Assembly: GCA_009103225.1 (NCBI GenBank)
Contig: RHPI01002823.1
Location: 195,104-259,103, forward strand
Direction: 5' to 3'
Length of the DNA: 64,000 nucleotides
Origin: Chlorokybus atmophyticus
Taxonomy: Eukaryota; Plantae; Mesostigma and Chlorokybus algae
In this document: positions 1 to 13,020 of the stretch, piece after piece
How the letters are laid out: each line of letters begins with the position of its first letter
Numbering within the stretch: position 1 is the first letter of the stretch
Program-made: the position numbers and the translations under genes
The notes under the pieces: model-generated
What the model was told of the DNA's origin: nothing
Seen by the model: the letters and a program-made list of their open reading frames with translations, nothing else
Databases searched by the model: none

Positions 1-438
1 ATTCTACACTGCGAGTGCTGTCGGTGATGAATATGTCATGCATGGCATATCCCTCATTGCATACTTTGTACACGGTGGTGCTGTGGAACATAAGGTGTGG
101 TAGAATTGATCAGACTGTACATACGCATGCACTACCACAACACATTGTTCATGGCCACGCAGCACACCCACTTGTGCCTTCCACGACAATACCAGTAGTG
201 AATTGTGTTGTGATGAAGACAAAGGAAGCAAGTCTACGTGTTGCAAAACAGACAATTGATGTTTTTGTGCAACCAACACCGCAACAAAGCATGCTCCATA
301 GGGACAAGCATACAAGACAGGAGTAGCATCATGCCCACGCGCAACCAAGTACTGTCTGTGACACATGGCACACATTTGCCGAGTGCTTGCGCGGTGCGCT
401 TGGGGCAGGAGGTCCAGATGACATCGAGATACAACTCT

Positions 439-3400
439 TCATTTATAGTTGAAGCGCGCTTGCTTGCGTCCCATCTGCTGCTTGTTCCTGCCGGCTCCCC
501 CGCCTCTCCCTCCCCTCTTGCCCTTCCCCCCGCCCCTGCCGCCCTGCGCCCTGCCCCTCTGCTTCTCACGCACCGCCGCCAGCGGCATCGCCTTGACCTT
601 CTGCTTCTCACGGTTGCTCTTGCCGCCAGTCTGACAGAGTTGAGACACAGCAAGTCAGTTGCGTCGTTCACCATGTCTCGCACACGGCCCGTGTGAGCAG
701 GTAACTGAGTACTAACACGTGTACATGCATGTCTGACGGGGTAGGCGAGATAGGGGTAGTGTGGTAGTGAGATAGGGGTAGTGAAGGATGTAGTGTGTGT
801 GCACCCGATGGTTATACGCTGGCAGTGTGTCAATGTTTTAAGCATGTAACTGCTGCTGCATGCGACTGCTACACCCATGCATGTGATACCATACGCAGAA
901 TGACAGTATACACCTTTTGTACGCACACGTGCTCACAGACATACACTCCCGCGCACGCCCACTCCCGCGCACATGTATGTATGTGGGTACCATAGCGCTC
1001 ATACACACATGCAGAGGCCTGCATGGTATAAACACAAACACCTCAGGCAGTACCTTAAGCTTCTTGCGAGCGGATGCAGCGCCGAATGCAGGCCTGTCTT
1101 CTCGTCCGGCACGCACCATGGCCAGCCTCTCCTCCTTGTTGAGCTTCTTATGAGCGGAGCCCTGACGCCAATCGACACAAAATACGTAACAACATTGCCA
1201 TAGAATCTGACAAAAGAGTTGATACAATGCAACTGTGCGCGTACCAGCAGGTTGCTCGGATCGATTCTCCGGTCTGCGAGCTCTTCGGGCCTTCTGTGTG
1301 CCTCGTGTTCATGATCAGCTGCCTGGCCTTTGAGTTTCTTCAGGCCGTGCTTGCCCATAGCAGAGTCCAACATTGCTTTTTCCTGTGGCAGAGCAAGAGC
1401 ATTGAGCAATGAGGCATACCGCCTGTGTGTGTGTGTGTGCGGGCGGGCGGGCGCGCGTGCGTGGGTGTTTNGGGGGGGGGGGGGGGGGGTACGCACACAT
1501 GCTCGGGTATGTGTGCATATATGGGCGTAAATGTGTGCACGCATGCACGCACATGTGTATGCTCCTGCGCATCGGAATGCATGTGCGTGACAACGCACAA
1601 TTGTGAATGTGTAGTTAACTCATCATGTGTACCTTCAGCTCTCGTATCCTCGCGAAGTCTTCGCTGGAAAGAAACGTCTGCGTGGGGTCGATTTCAACTG
1701 GCGCTTCGGTCTCCTGTTTGTGGCTACTTAGCAACTCGGCCTGCTTGCGCTTGAGACTGCGCAGGCTCTCGGGTTGGGCCGACTGCTGCGGCTTGGACGT
1801 GCTGGGTTTTGCAGACCTCCTTGCCTCCAACTCTACAAGCAACACATAAGAAACCGCTGACTTTTGTGTGCACACGCATACGCACACACCCATGCACGCA
1901 TGCCCCCGCACACTCGCGCATGCACACATGCACGCATATGCGCGCATTCATGTATGCATGCGCGTGCACACACATCTCGCAACCCAAAGCTGAAACCCAT
2001 CACAGATAACAAGTTATGTGCACCTGCTTCATCATCGTCGGCGACGTCAGCAGGGTTGTCCTCATCGCGCAATTCCAACGCATCATCATCGGAGGCACCA
2101 TCCTCAGACACTTCACCTTCCGCATCACCATCATCGTCGTCATCTTCGTCCTCACCTTCACCATCGCCATCCTCATCATCAGCCTCCACTTCATCATCGT
2201 CATCACTCCCGACTTCAACATCGCCTTCATCACCATCATCATCATCATCACCGGCATCGCTCTCATCGTCGCCTTCATCAGCTTCGCTTCCAGAGCCATG
2301 TTTCAACGCCTGTGCACATCCGAAAGAAGATTACCATCTAACACACGCACGCTACGCAACTGTCGCAAAAGGTAACTGAAGCCAACATCAGAGCCATCCA
2401 GCTGAGAAGTGCACTTGCAAGCGTGTGCACGCGCGCACATACGTGTGTGCATGTGTGACACTGCAACAACATCTCTCACCTCGTTAAGGAGGTCCACGCC
2501 CGCCACACCACTAGCAGGAGCCGCCTCGCCAAACTGCTTTGGGCGCGCGGCGAGATCCGCGCCTCGTCCGCGGTCCTTTTTCTCCAACATGGAGGGCGCC
2601 ACCTGTCACACACAAACCCAACACGTCACATGTTTATTCCACACCTACAGCCTCAACACAACACTGCTCACACCTGACGGTAGAGAGCGATGAGAGCCCG
2701 CGCGGCGTTAGATGTGCCTTTGTCGTGCGACTTCTTGTACATAACAAGGTCTTGTAGAAGCTCCTCTGTCATGACCTGTGAGACAGCTTTGACATCAATC
2801 ACCCATCACACATGCAACACATGTGAGAGCTGTTGTTGTAAGGCATGCGTACGTACCAGAGGAGCGCGGGCGCATATCTCATATGTGGTCTTGATTCCAA
2901 CCGTCATAACCTGCCAAGCAACAAACTTATTGAATCAACTCCTGTTGCGCAAAGCACAATGCATGCATGCTGCGCATGATGATGATGGATCATGTGTGCA
3001 TTTACCTCTGGGCGTGCGCGGTCATGAATAAACTGGTTGACCAGCTGTTTTAGCAAGGGCTCAAGCACATCGGGTGGCACCTGAATAAGGGGCCAGTTGT
3101 TGATGTGCAACCCACAAGCAAACTTGATAAGGTACATTCTGAGCCAGCATAGATGTATCACAATCAGCGAAACAGGACATAAAAGACCTCAAGCAACCAT
3201 ACCAGATCATGACATGCTTGCGCTGTGATGGCGAGAATCAGCGTGACCTCTTGCTGATGCGGCTGCGCGCAAGTGAATAAGTTCAGCTGAGCACAACATG
3301 TCACAACATCAAACAGAAGGATGGAAGTGATGGCAAATTCACACCTGGATGTAGCGCTGCATGAACGGGTAAAAATTGAGCAGCTGCAGGCGATGCGTCC

Positions 3401-6365
3401 CAATCACACGCGACAGTACGTTCATCATCATCAGCTTGACCTGCATGAATGACCACAACTATTCACTCTGTTCCGCAAATGGAGGGAACTTGTGATATTG
3501 TGAGTTATGAACAGCAGCAGCTTGCATGTACCTCAAACCTTTCTGAGCACCCTTGCAACCGCGCAAACAATTTCTCAGCGTACCCCTGCGTATGCGCGTG
3601 TCTGTAAGTGTGTGCTACTGCACGAGCGCACGTGCACATGGATGCAAGTGTGCCTGTGCGTGCGTGTGTGTATGCCTAGTCCAGCAAAGAGTTACCAAGG
3701 AAACAACTCTCGTAATGCTGCTCATTGCTTGATGCACATAGTTATGTTGCTCCATGTGTGTCAACATGACATGGCTACACAACACAACATACTTGCGGGT
3801 CATGCAGGAGCTGTAGCGCCGCGAACGCCGGCTGCTGCTGGCCCAACCCCTGCTCGCGACGCGACTGCCGCTTCACCGCGTTCATCGCGCGCTGCAGCTT
3901 AGCCTGCTTCCGCTTCTTGCTCGAAACCGTGCCTTTCTTGTAGGCCTGCGTGGTGATGTGGTCAGTCGGCCCGCAGTTCGTGTGCATGTGTAATATGTAC
4001 ACGGATTGTGCGTACGAGTGCATGTAACAATGAGACATAGCCACACACAACATGTGTCTATACTTGTCATCTCTGATGCTAACACGCGTGTACACGCACA
4101 GCCAGACATGCGGTACAAAGCTGCTACACAGGCTTACGCATAACAACTTCTACATCTGCATTACACTGAGACACATGCACACATAGCCACACGTACACTC
4201 GCAAATCCATGCACACGTACACCAATAAGAAGACGCTTGTGATGACGCCATATTCAGCACCTTGTATAGGTCCTGCTTGCTGGGCTGCACGGCCACATGT
4301 CCCGGTTCATCATCAGAGTCGTCATCAGTGTCATTTCCGCCGCCGGAAGAGGCGCGCTCGTCGTGTCCCAGGAAGAACTTGAGCGCGGCGATCATCGGTT
4401 GCGGGTGCGGGTGGAACGTCGCCGCCGCGATCACGTTCACCGTCCTCGCATCGGTCCAGACCTGCATGACAAACAACGAGACCACATAGGCTGCAAAGAG
4501 CAAATACCTGAACGGTGTGACGCGATTTGCAAACGTGTACACACCTCGTACGTAGCTGTTATCAACGATCTATACGTCTACGTACAATGACATGCAAGAG
4601 CAACATGCTACAGTATGGCTGTGTAGATGCTTGCAAGGTCACTGCTACGATATGATAGCATGCAACAAAGGCGCAACTTTGCCCCCTGACACACGTGTGT
4701 GCGTGTGCCAGTGTGCATTCGTGTATGCGTATCCGCACGCACACGCGCGCGCACGCGCAATGTGTTTGCTCGTCTGTCATGTGGCGGTGAGGGGCTGCGG
4801 CAATGGTGTGGCAACAGTTGGAATAATCATGTACCTTTCTGCGGTACAGTTCTCCCAGCACTCCCAGCGCCTTCCTCGCCGCTACATGGCTGTCCTCCGC
4901 CTGCACGACCCCGTACAGGAAGTTCTGCAGCGCGCGATTGAGTCGTTCGTCGCGTCCCTTGGCGTTGACGTTGCGGATGTCGGTGACGATGTGGCGGACG
5001 AGGAGCTGACGCAGGGGCTTGTCAGGGAGACGGAGGAGACGGAAGAAGAGGGGGAGGAGGGTCATGGGAGCGACAACCTGCGATGGCGACGAAAGGACGG
5101 AGACGAAGCGTTTGCACGTGAAAAGCAAGTGTCAATGCAGACATAGTAAGTTTTTATGCGTGCGTGCGTGCATATGCGTGTGCAGGCGCGCATGTGTGCA
5201 TCGTGTGCGCACAACCCGCTCACCCATACGCGCGCGCGTGCATGCGCGCGCGCGCGTGCGTGCAACTGCGTGCATGTGTGCGTGGCTGCGTGTAGCGTCA
5301 GTACACATGCATGTGTGCGCTCGTGGCAAAGCTGCATGCTTGTGTGCGTGTGTGCGCGCACCAACACATAAGCGTGCCTGTGTGATGGTGGCGTGTGTGG
5401 CAACACGACTGCACGGCAAGGCTCAAAAGCATAACGCAACCCACCTGCCGGCCACGCAACAAGATAAGCGCCTGCGCCGCTGTCCGGCGAAACTCCGGCT
5501 CCAACGCGGCCCCGTGCGTATCAAGAAGCTGCATGATATCCACTGACAAGGACCCAACCTGTCAATTGTCACAGGTCAAATCTTGCTACTGCGTGTGTTG
5601 TTTTGTATGCGTGACTGTGTGTCTCTTGCACGCAACATAACCCTACACTACCTCACCTCTTTTGGGTAGTGCGGAGCCAAGTGTGCGAGGAAGGGCAACA
5701 GCGCGAGCAAGTCCGGGCTCGGCCGTGATGGATGCAACTGTGCAACAGCCATTGCAGCCCGATAGTGCGCCACCTATGGATAATGTGCACCACAGCATAA
5801 GAGTGAAAGTAACAGCGTCAGAACTGACAAGCCCGAATGACTGAGCTTCGACACATTGTGGTTACACTTGTCGGTGGCGTGTGTAATACAACAGGTGGTG
5901 ATCATTTACGCAATGCCACTTGAGTACTCTGCTACATCTGTTACAAAAAAGAGCAACTACTGCAACACGCATATATACACCTGACTTACGGAAGTACTAT
6001 ACAGAAGGCTTTAAACTGAATACCATTCAGCCACCCCCACCCCCACCCGAATTATTCATTCCCTTCCACTCTCAAACGGGCTTTGCAAAGCCTTGACAGC
6101 AGTTGCATGTCAAACATAAACATAACCAAAAAGGGTGTACCGCACAGGGCCCAGTCACGTTTAAGCAGTGACAATAGCAAACTTCAGAAATGTGTAAAAG
6201 AGAATAAGTAGTCATACAGTACACGCAAAGAGATGTCTTGTGAACGCCACCCTCACTGGCACACCAGCATGCACGCACCTGCGCCTCAAACTCCTGTCGG
6301 TATCCTTCCGGGTCGCGGGCGCACTGCCCCCGCAGCACCCCAAGCGCCCCTGCTCCCGACGCCAT
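439..6365 (-). CDS. SDA1: SDA1 homolog (60S ribosome biogenesis/export factor), ~15 exons
   Basis: ATG at 6365 (MASGAGALGVLRGQCARDPEGYRQEF). GT-AG bounded exons give DIMQLLDTHGAALEPEFRRTAAQALILLRGR, DERLNRALQNFLYGVVQ, WTDARTVNVIAAATFHPHPQPMIAALKFFLG, LLHDPQ, an acidic D/E tract (2020-2290), FLSSEDFARIRELK, KLNKEERLAMVRAGREDR and GGKSNREKQKVKAMPL. TGA at 439-441. Internal exon borders are approximate. Confidence 0.9.
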
Positions 6366-6662
6366 GGCGGCTGTCGCCCCTGCCAACCCCAACCCCGCCG
6401 CCGCTGCCGCCGCCGCTGAGCTGTAGCAAATTCAACATCCTCGTTTTGGAGCCGTTGCATGAATTGGTCAGATCCTCGGCTTGGTTGTGAGGTTTCCTGT
6501 AAAAAATCAGCGCGTTTACGTGAACTAGGCAGACCCATCAGCAAGGGCAGCTTCTTGCAACAAGGTTTTGCCGTTTATGCGGAGTTGCAAGAAGGCAATG
6601 CTTAGCTGCAGCTTAGTGGCGGCGGCGGTGTGGTTGTGCTCGTTGGTGTCTTCGGAGGTGCG
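6366..6662. promoter_or_regulatory. Short shared (bidirectional) promoter/5' UTR region of SDA1 and NOP14
   Basis: Only 297 bp separate the two divergent ATGs (6365 minus, 6663 plus). Confidence 0.7.
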
Positions 6663-9600
6663 ATGGGGAAGCGTAAGAGGGTGCCGGGTGGTAGCAGAGC
6701 GACGGGAGGTGGAGCGTCAGCAGCCGGTCCCAGGCGAAGCAAGCATTCAGCCGCAGCCAAGCCCAGCGCCGTCAACCCCTTTGAGCGCCTCCACAACAGG
6801 AAGAAGTTTGACGTGCTGGGTCGCAAGCTCAAGGGAGAGCAGCGCAATGTTGGCAAAGCCCGCAGCGACGCCCTTGAGAAGGTAGTTGCATTCGTCATTG
6901 ATGTCGATATTGTTGTTGTTGGTGGCGCCTGTATGCTTAATTGCTGCTAAGCTGTGACATTGAGGCTGTGGTCAACTGTTAAGACAGTATTGGGCAGTCA
7001 TTTATATGTTTTCGTTCTATATTCGACAATACGAGCATGAACTGCAAGCGAAGCAAAACACACTCACATGCAATGGTCGGCTGTTTGCGTGCTAAGCTCG
7101 TGCCGCATAACATTGTGTTGTGCAGTATAGTGCAATATTCTGCGTTGCGTTTGGCAAGCCACCACTCAGTCATGCACATGTTGCAACGCATGTCAAGATA
7201 TTGTTGTTGGCAACGTGTGAGTGTCATGTACACATTGATGAAGCGTTGGACACCAGCGACCTGACAATCGTCTTTCGTTTTACTGAAGTTGTACTTGTTT
7301 GTCCCTTTCTTCGCAGCGGAAGCGCACTCTGCTGCAGGAGTTCAGACAGCTTGGTAAGAGCAATGCCTTTGTAGACCGCCGCTTCGGTGAGGCCGAGGAG
7401 GGAATGTCTCAGGAGGAGAGGGCTCTGCTGAGGTTCCAGCGCGAACGACAGGTAGAGCTATTACGCGCATCTTGATCTTGGCTGATGTATACTTTGCACA
7501 CATGCGAACACATGCACTCACGCACGCACGCACAAATGCACGTAGGCACATAGTCAATGCATCTACTAGCCACAATCATAGTGCAATGGACATGGGCGTC
7601 TATGTCCGCTGCGCTATGCGAGTAGTCATCCATATTCATTGTACTTAAATAACATAGCAGCCGTGCATATGTAGATGACACAATGCTGGAACGAAGACAT
7701 GCTGATACATAGGTAGGCATGTGTATGCATACATATCTGCATGTTGCCTGGTGGTATGCATATGCTTTTATACCCGTGTGCGCAAGGATAATAACATATG
7801 TGTGCGTGAACATGCCAGCGCATGTTCATACCTCAGCATGCAAGCATACATGCTTTTCTACACACATATGTGGACACACTTGATTGCATGATTGCTGCTT
7901 GGTGCTGAAGTCAATTTGCGTTGTGTCTGCAGGCGCAGCTCACCAGAAAGAGTCGGTTCAACCTGGACGAGGGTGAGGAGGAGGAGCTCACCCACCTCGG
8001 GACTTCACTCGCCAACGTTGATGACTTTAAGGATGACGTTGGTGATAGAGACACAGATGACGAACTCGCCAACCAACGTAAAGCATCTTGTGCACGCATC
8101 ATCACCTCTCAGTATTGCATGCATGGTTGGTAGGGCTAACTCATGAAAATGCTGTGTGCACGTGTAGTTGATGCTGACATGGTCCGGGACTTCCACTTTG
8201 GAGGCGGGTTTGTTCCAAAAAAGCGTTTGGATGCAAATGGAGCAGAGCCGGCAGAAGAAGAAGAAGCAGCAAAGGCAATCATTCCCTTATTTATCAGAGC
8301 TTCATTTAATGTTACTGTCCATTGATGAACACCTTTTCACACAACTTCAAATGCATCACCTATTGAGATTGGGTATGTGCAGAAAAAGACCAAGAAGGAA
8401 GTCATGGAGGAGCTTATTGCGAAAAGCAAGTATTTCAAGGTGAGTGCTCCCACGCACACATTCTGATGCTGCAATGTCACTGACGTTGGAGAAGCTTATG
8501 TCTGAGATTAGGATTGTGCATGACGCAGGCAGAGAAGGCGAGGGAAAAAGAGGAGCGCTCGGAGCTTTTGGATAAGCTTGATGCTGACTTCAGGTGCTTG
8601 AAAAAGGAGACTGTTGCATGCATTGTATATGTGTCTTTCATCATGACTCGTGAGTGTCATGGTCAACAGAACGTTGACTGAGACGCGCGCGTTGACCAAG
8701 CGAAAAGAAGCACATGCGCCGGCACCAAAGGTGACAACCACAGACCTTGCAAAGCATCTTTGAGATGCACAAGTCAATGCGGCAATGTTGTGGCTACTCG
8801 TTGGCTATATAGCTTTGGCTCTGGTCTCCTTCAAGCAGATGGGTGGTTGTTAGCTGCATCACACTTCCTTTGCTGTGGTTATGATTGTTGTCACTGCATG
8901 CAAGTTGAATTGCTTGCATCAGGTCCAGGCAGATGACTTCGACAAGACTGCTAAGGAGCTGGCATCTGAGCTGCGGGCCCACGCAACAGACCGGCTGAAG
9001 ACACCTGAAGAGCTGGCGCAGCTGGAAAAAGAGCGCCTCGAGAAGCTTGAGGTGGGTATTGTTGAGTATCGTGCAAGGTGCGTACAATATGCCATTTCTT
9101 TTTCACATGACAAACGAGCACTTGAAGCTTTGCGGTATCAAGCTTGCGAGCTCTAATGACTGTCAATTGTGTACTATAAACCCACCGCGTGGAAGCCAAT
9201 GATGACAACTATTTGCTACTCTTGAGGACCGCAAGCGGTTTTCAATGACGACAGTACTATCACCAAGATCTATGAGGCTTCTACCCTGTTTGTAGTTGTG
9301 CTTTTTTTGCATGTTGTTGCATCATGGTGCCTTGAGCTCACAAGTACCAACTAACCCTTTTTGAAGCCAGTGATGAAACTTATTTGCTACTCTTGAGGAC
9401 CGTAAGCGGTTGTCAATGACGACAGTACTATCACCAAGATCTATGAGGCTTCTATCCTGTTTGTAATTGTGTTTGTTTTGACCGTTGCATCGCTCTTTGC
9501 ATATTGCATTGTGCAGCTCATAAGTAGCAGTAACCCCTTTTCTGAAGCCAGTGATGAAACTTATTTGCTACTCTTGAGGACCGTTCGCGGTTTCAATGAC

Positions 9601-12600
9601 GACAGTACTATCACCAAGATCTATGAGGCTTCTACCCTGATTGTAGTTTAAAAGGTTCTGCATGTTGTTGCATTACTCTTCTGTATGCATTGTGTGCAGC
9701 TCAAATGTAATACAAACCCCTTTTCTGAAGCCAATGACGACAACTATTTGCTACTCTTGAGGACCGTTTGCGGTTTTTAATGACGACAGCACTAACACCA
9801 AGATCTATGAGGCTTCTACCCTGTTGTTGGTTGTTTTGCATGTCGTTGCAGCGCTCTCATTCCATACGTTTAACTTGTTTGCAGCTCAAAAGGCAGCGGC
9901 GTATGCGAGGCGACCTGGGCAGCAGCGGTGAAAGCGACAGTGATGATGATGATGACAGGCGCAGCAGGAAGAAGCAAAAAGCGCGTCAAGAACCGTCCGG
10001 AGACGATCTGGGTGCGTGGGCGTGCCCATGTGTACATGTGGCTTTATCCTCATCACACCCATGTGTCCTTTGTTGGCAGTGCAAACCTGACTGGGTATGT
10101 TGCGTGTTACACAGCTGAGAACTTTGCGCTGGAGGAGGACACGGACTACAAAGAGGAAGAGGAGCTTCCTGATGAGGAGGACGACGATGATGAGGAAGAT
10201 GAATCTGATGGGGAAGCTGCTACCAAAGAAGGCGAAAGCGATCAAGAAGAAGAAGCAGATGATGAAGATGAGGATCAAGAAGTAGAAGATGATGAGTCGG
10301 ATGACGAAGAAGGTATACTCAGCATCTTGTAGTGTGGTGATGAAGTTGTTAAGCAATTGTTGCGCATACCTGGCAGTATTGATGTCTATCATGTGTGCAG
10401 CGGAAGATGAGGAGTTGCAACAGGCTGAAACACAGGCCCGCATCGCCAGTGCGGCGGCTGCAGCAGCGCGCACAGGTGGCCCTCATATATGTTGATGTGT
10501 TGAGGGCGAATTGGTTCCGCTTAGTGTATGTGCGCGCGCGTGTGCGTGTGTGCTGAACCTGTGTTGTTGCAGAGCTGCCATACACATTTCCTGCACCCAG
10601 AAGCTTAGCCGAGTTTGAAGCGCTGATTTTCGGCAGGAGTGATAGTGATGTGGCGCTCATTATTCAACGCATACGAGCCTGTCATGCCATCAGATTGGCA
10701 TCCGAAAACCGCCCCAAGATGCAGGCAAGCTAAGCCTTGCACTTGCACTTGCGTTGTTGTGTTTGTCGTGATTGTTTCCCTTGCATCTGCGCATACAAAT
10801 AGCGTGAGAAAACAAGCAATAGTGGCACTTCGTGTGTGTGCATGCGTGTATGCACTTACTTGTTTATTTGTTTGCTTAAGAGTGCGCGTGCACTTGTGCA
10901 TGCGTGTGTGCCCCCTGCCCCCAGGTGTACCCGGGTGTGCATGTGTTTAACTGGCTTGCCTGCAGGTGTTCTATGCGATACTGTTGCAGCAGTTCGCAGG
11001 TCTGGCCATCCAGAAGCCGCTGCGCATGAGCGCGCTCAATGCCCTGATCAGCCACCTTGTGGAAATGAGCAGCGACACGCCCCTATTCGCCGCAAGCGTT
11101 GCCAGACAGTGGCTGAAGCAATTGTACAAGACACTGAAATCAAAGCTGCGATCTGGTGATGGTAAGGCAAGGTGCTGTTGCCAGCATAGTGTGCACAAGT
11201 GTCCATCGTTGCTCACCAACATGGTGTATGCAGAGTCAACCAGTTGTTGGCCTTCCATACGCTCGCTGCTTCTTCTTCGGCTTTTTGCGTTGATCTTTCC
11301 TGTGACAGACTTGCGCCATCCCGTCATGACACCGGCTTGTTTGTTTGTCGGGCAGTGCCTTGTCGACTGCCCGATACGCTCAGGCCTGGACGTTGCGTTG
11401 GGGCTGTTCACTGCCAACCTCGCACTGAGTGTAAGCATGGTCGATGTATACATCTTATACTCACTGAATGGTAACATAGGTATTGGTGTTATGTACACGT
11501 ACATACATGTGCATGCACACGCGCGCATGCACATACCCATACTTGCAACCGCGCACATCCACACCGCCTAATTCTTGCAGATGATGGCTCCAGCAAAGCG
11601 GTTCTGTCCGGAGCTGGTGTTGTTTCTTCACGGCCTGCTCGCAAGCTCATCTACAGATGCAGAGCACATGCAATCGCTCCCGCTGCACACTCAGTTGCAA
11701 TTTGGGGAAGTGCGATGGCTCGAGATGAACGGCGTGCACGACTGCGACAAGCCCTCACCTCTGAGCTTCTCCGAGCTGGCGACGTGCAGCGCAACAGACC
11801 AGTGGTTTCTATCACTAGATTTCAGGTAAAAAGCAAGTGGGTGTATTGTTTTGACTTCTACTTATTGCATTGTAGTGTCAACATCCCAGGTGTTGGTTGC
11901 AGGCTGTCGGCGTTTTCTGTGGCTGTGTACACGCTGCAGTCCCTCGTAGAAGTGTACTCAAAGCTGCCCTCCTTCCCTGAGATATTTGACCCAATTGCAA
12001 GCGTGTTGGCAACCTATGATAATCTCTCCGACTCTGTTATGGCAAGTGGCTTGTATGCGCGTCTGTATGTGTGAGCGTGCGTGTGTGGGTGTGCCCGGGA
12101 ACGCCTGATCAAATGCATGCGTGGCTGTGGTGATATGCATATGTGCGCACGTACATTCATGCACACGCAGCATGTTGAGTATGCGCGGATGCAGTCACAT
12201 CGGTGAGAGCTTGTGTTTGACATGTTGCATCGAATCTGTCTAGTAGCTGAGTCCTCCGAGTTACATACGTGCAGGAAGCGAGAGATCATCTCATAAAGTC
12301 CATTGCTGATGCATGCGAGCAGTGCTTGCAAACAAGGAGGCCGCTGACAATGCGCGCCAGGCGCGCGACACCCGTCAAACAGTTCAACCCCAGATTTGAA
12401 GAAGAGTACGTGCATGTGCTGGCCTGGCCATGACACAAGTCCACCTACAAACATCATGCTTGGGCAAATGCGAATGTTGTGCTTATCGTTTCTTGTGCAG
12501 CTTTGCTTTGGGCAAGGATTACGATCCCGACCGTGAGCGTGCGGAAATGAAGAAACTACGCAAGCGAGTTCGGAAAGAAGCTAAGGGGGCCGCAAGAGAG

Positions 12601-12881
12601 CTTCGCAAGGTTGGTTTGTCAAGACATCAATGTGACATGAACAAGCAATCTGCTACCTTTCTTATGAGCGAGTGCGTGTTCCAGTTCTTACATACATGTC
12701 ATGGTGTTGTGTCTGCTGCGCACAGGACAACTTCTTCCTCGCGGACGAGAAAGCGAAGCAGAATGCTGCGCACGTGGCGGAGCGCGAGGCCAAGTACAGG
12801 GAAGCGATGTCGTTTTTGCAGCAACAAGAGGGCGCATTCAAGTCCGGACAGCTCGGCAAGGGCAGGAAGCGGAGGCGGTAA
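6663..12881 (+). CDS. NOP14: Nucleolar protein 14 (SSU processome, 40S biogenesis), ~18 exons
   Basis: ATG at 6663. Exons encode NPFERLHNRKKFDVLGRK, SNAFVDRRFGE, LTHLGTSL, RDFHFGGG, KTKKEVMEELIAKSK, ATDRLKTPEELA, HPVMTPACLFVGQCL, KRFCPE, KQFNPRFEE and DYDPDRERAEMKKLRKRVRKEAKGAARELRKDNFFLA. TAA at 12879-12881. Confidence 0.92.
9192..9860. repeat. Intronic minisatellite, ~4 copies of a ~171-183 bp unit
   Basis: Unit starts GAAGCCA(A/G)TGA at 9192, 9363, 9544 and 9727. The core CTATTTGCTACTCTTGAGGACCG...ATGACGACAG(T/C)ACTA(T/A)CACCAAGATCTATGAGGCTTCTA recurs each time. It lies inside a NOP14 intron (~9052-9884). Confidence 0.9.
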
Positions 12882-13020
12882 TAGTTGTTACAGTTGTAGC
12901 AATATTATATGTTGGGTTTAAGGGTGCACTGGTACAACCTACTACTCTAATCTCCCATGGATAGTATGCTCCCGCCTCCAGCTTGATTGCGCCTTTTGCC
13001 TGCTTGCGCCTGCAACAGCA

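Noticed and set aside
15-326. 103-aa plus-strand ORF
   Set aside because: No recognisable motif or splice support; it lies in the SDA1 3' flank.
1471-1489. G19 run as a G-quadruplex element
   Set aside because: It begins at an N, so homopolymer length is unreliable; intronic.
1833-2379. His-, Met-, Ser- and Ile-rich ORFs in several frames
   Set aside because: Alternative frames of the acidic GAT/GAC-rich SDA1 exon.
9192-9860. CRISPR-like array
   Set aside because: Units are ~180 bp, the intervening parts are homologous rather than unique spacers, there are no cas genes, and it is a eukaryotic intron.
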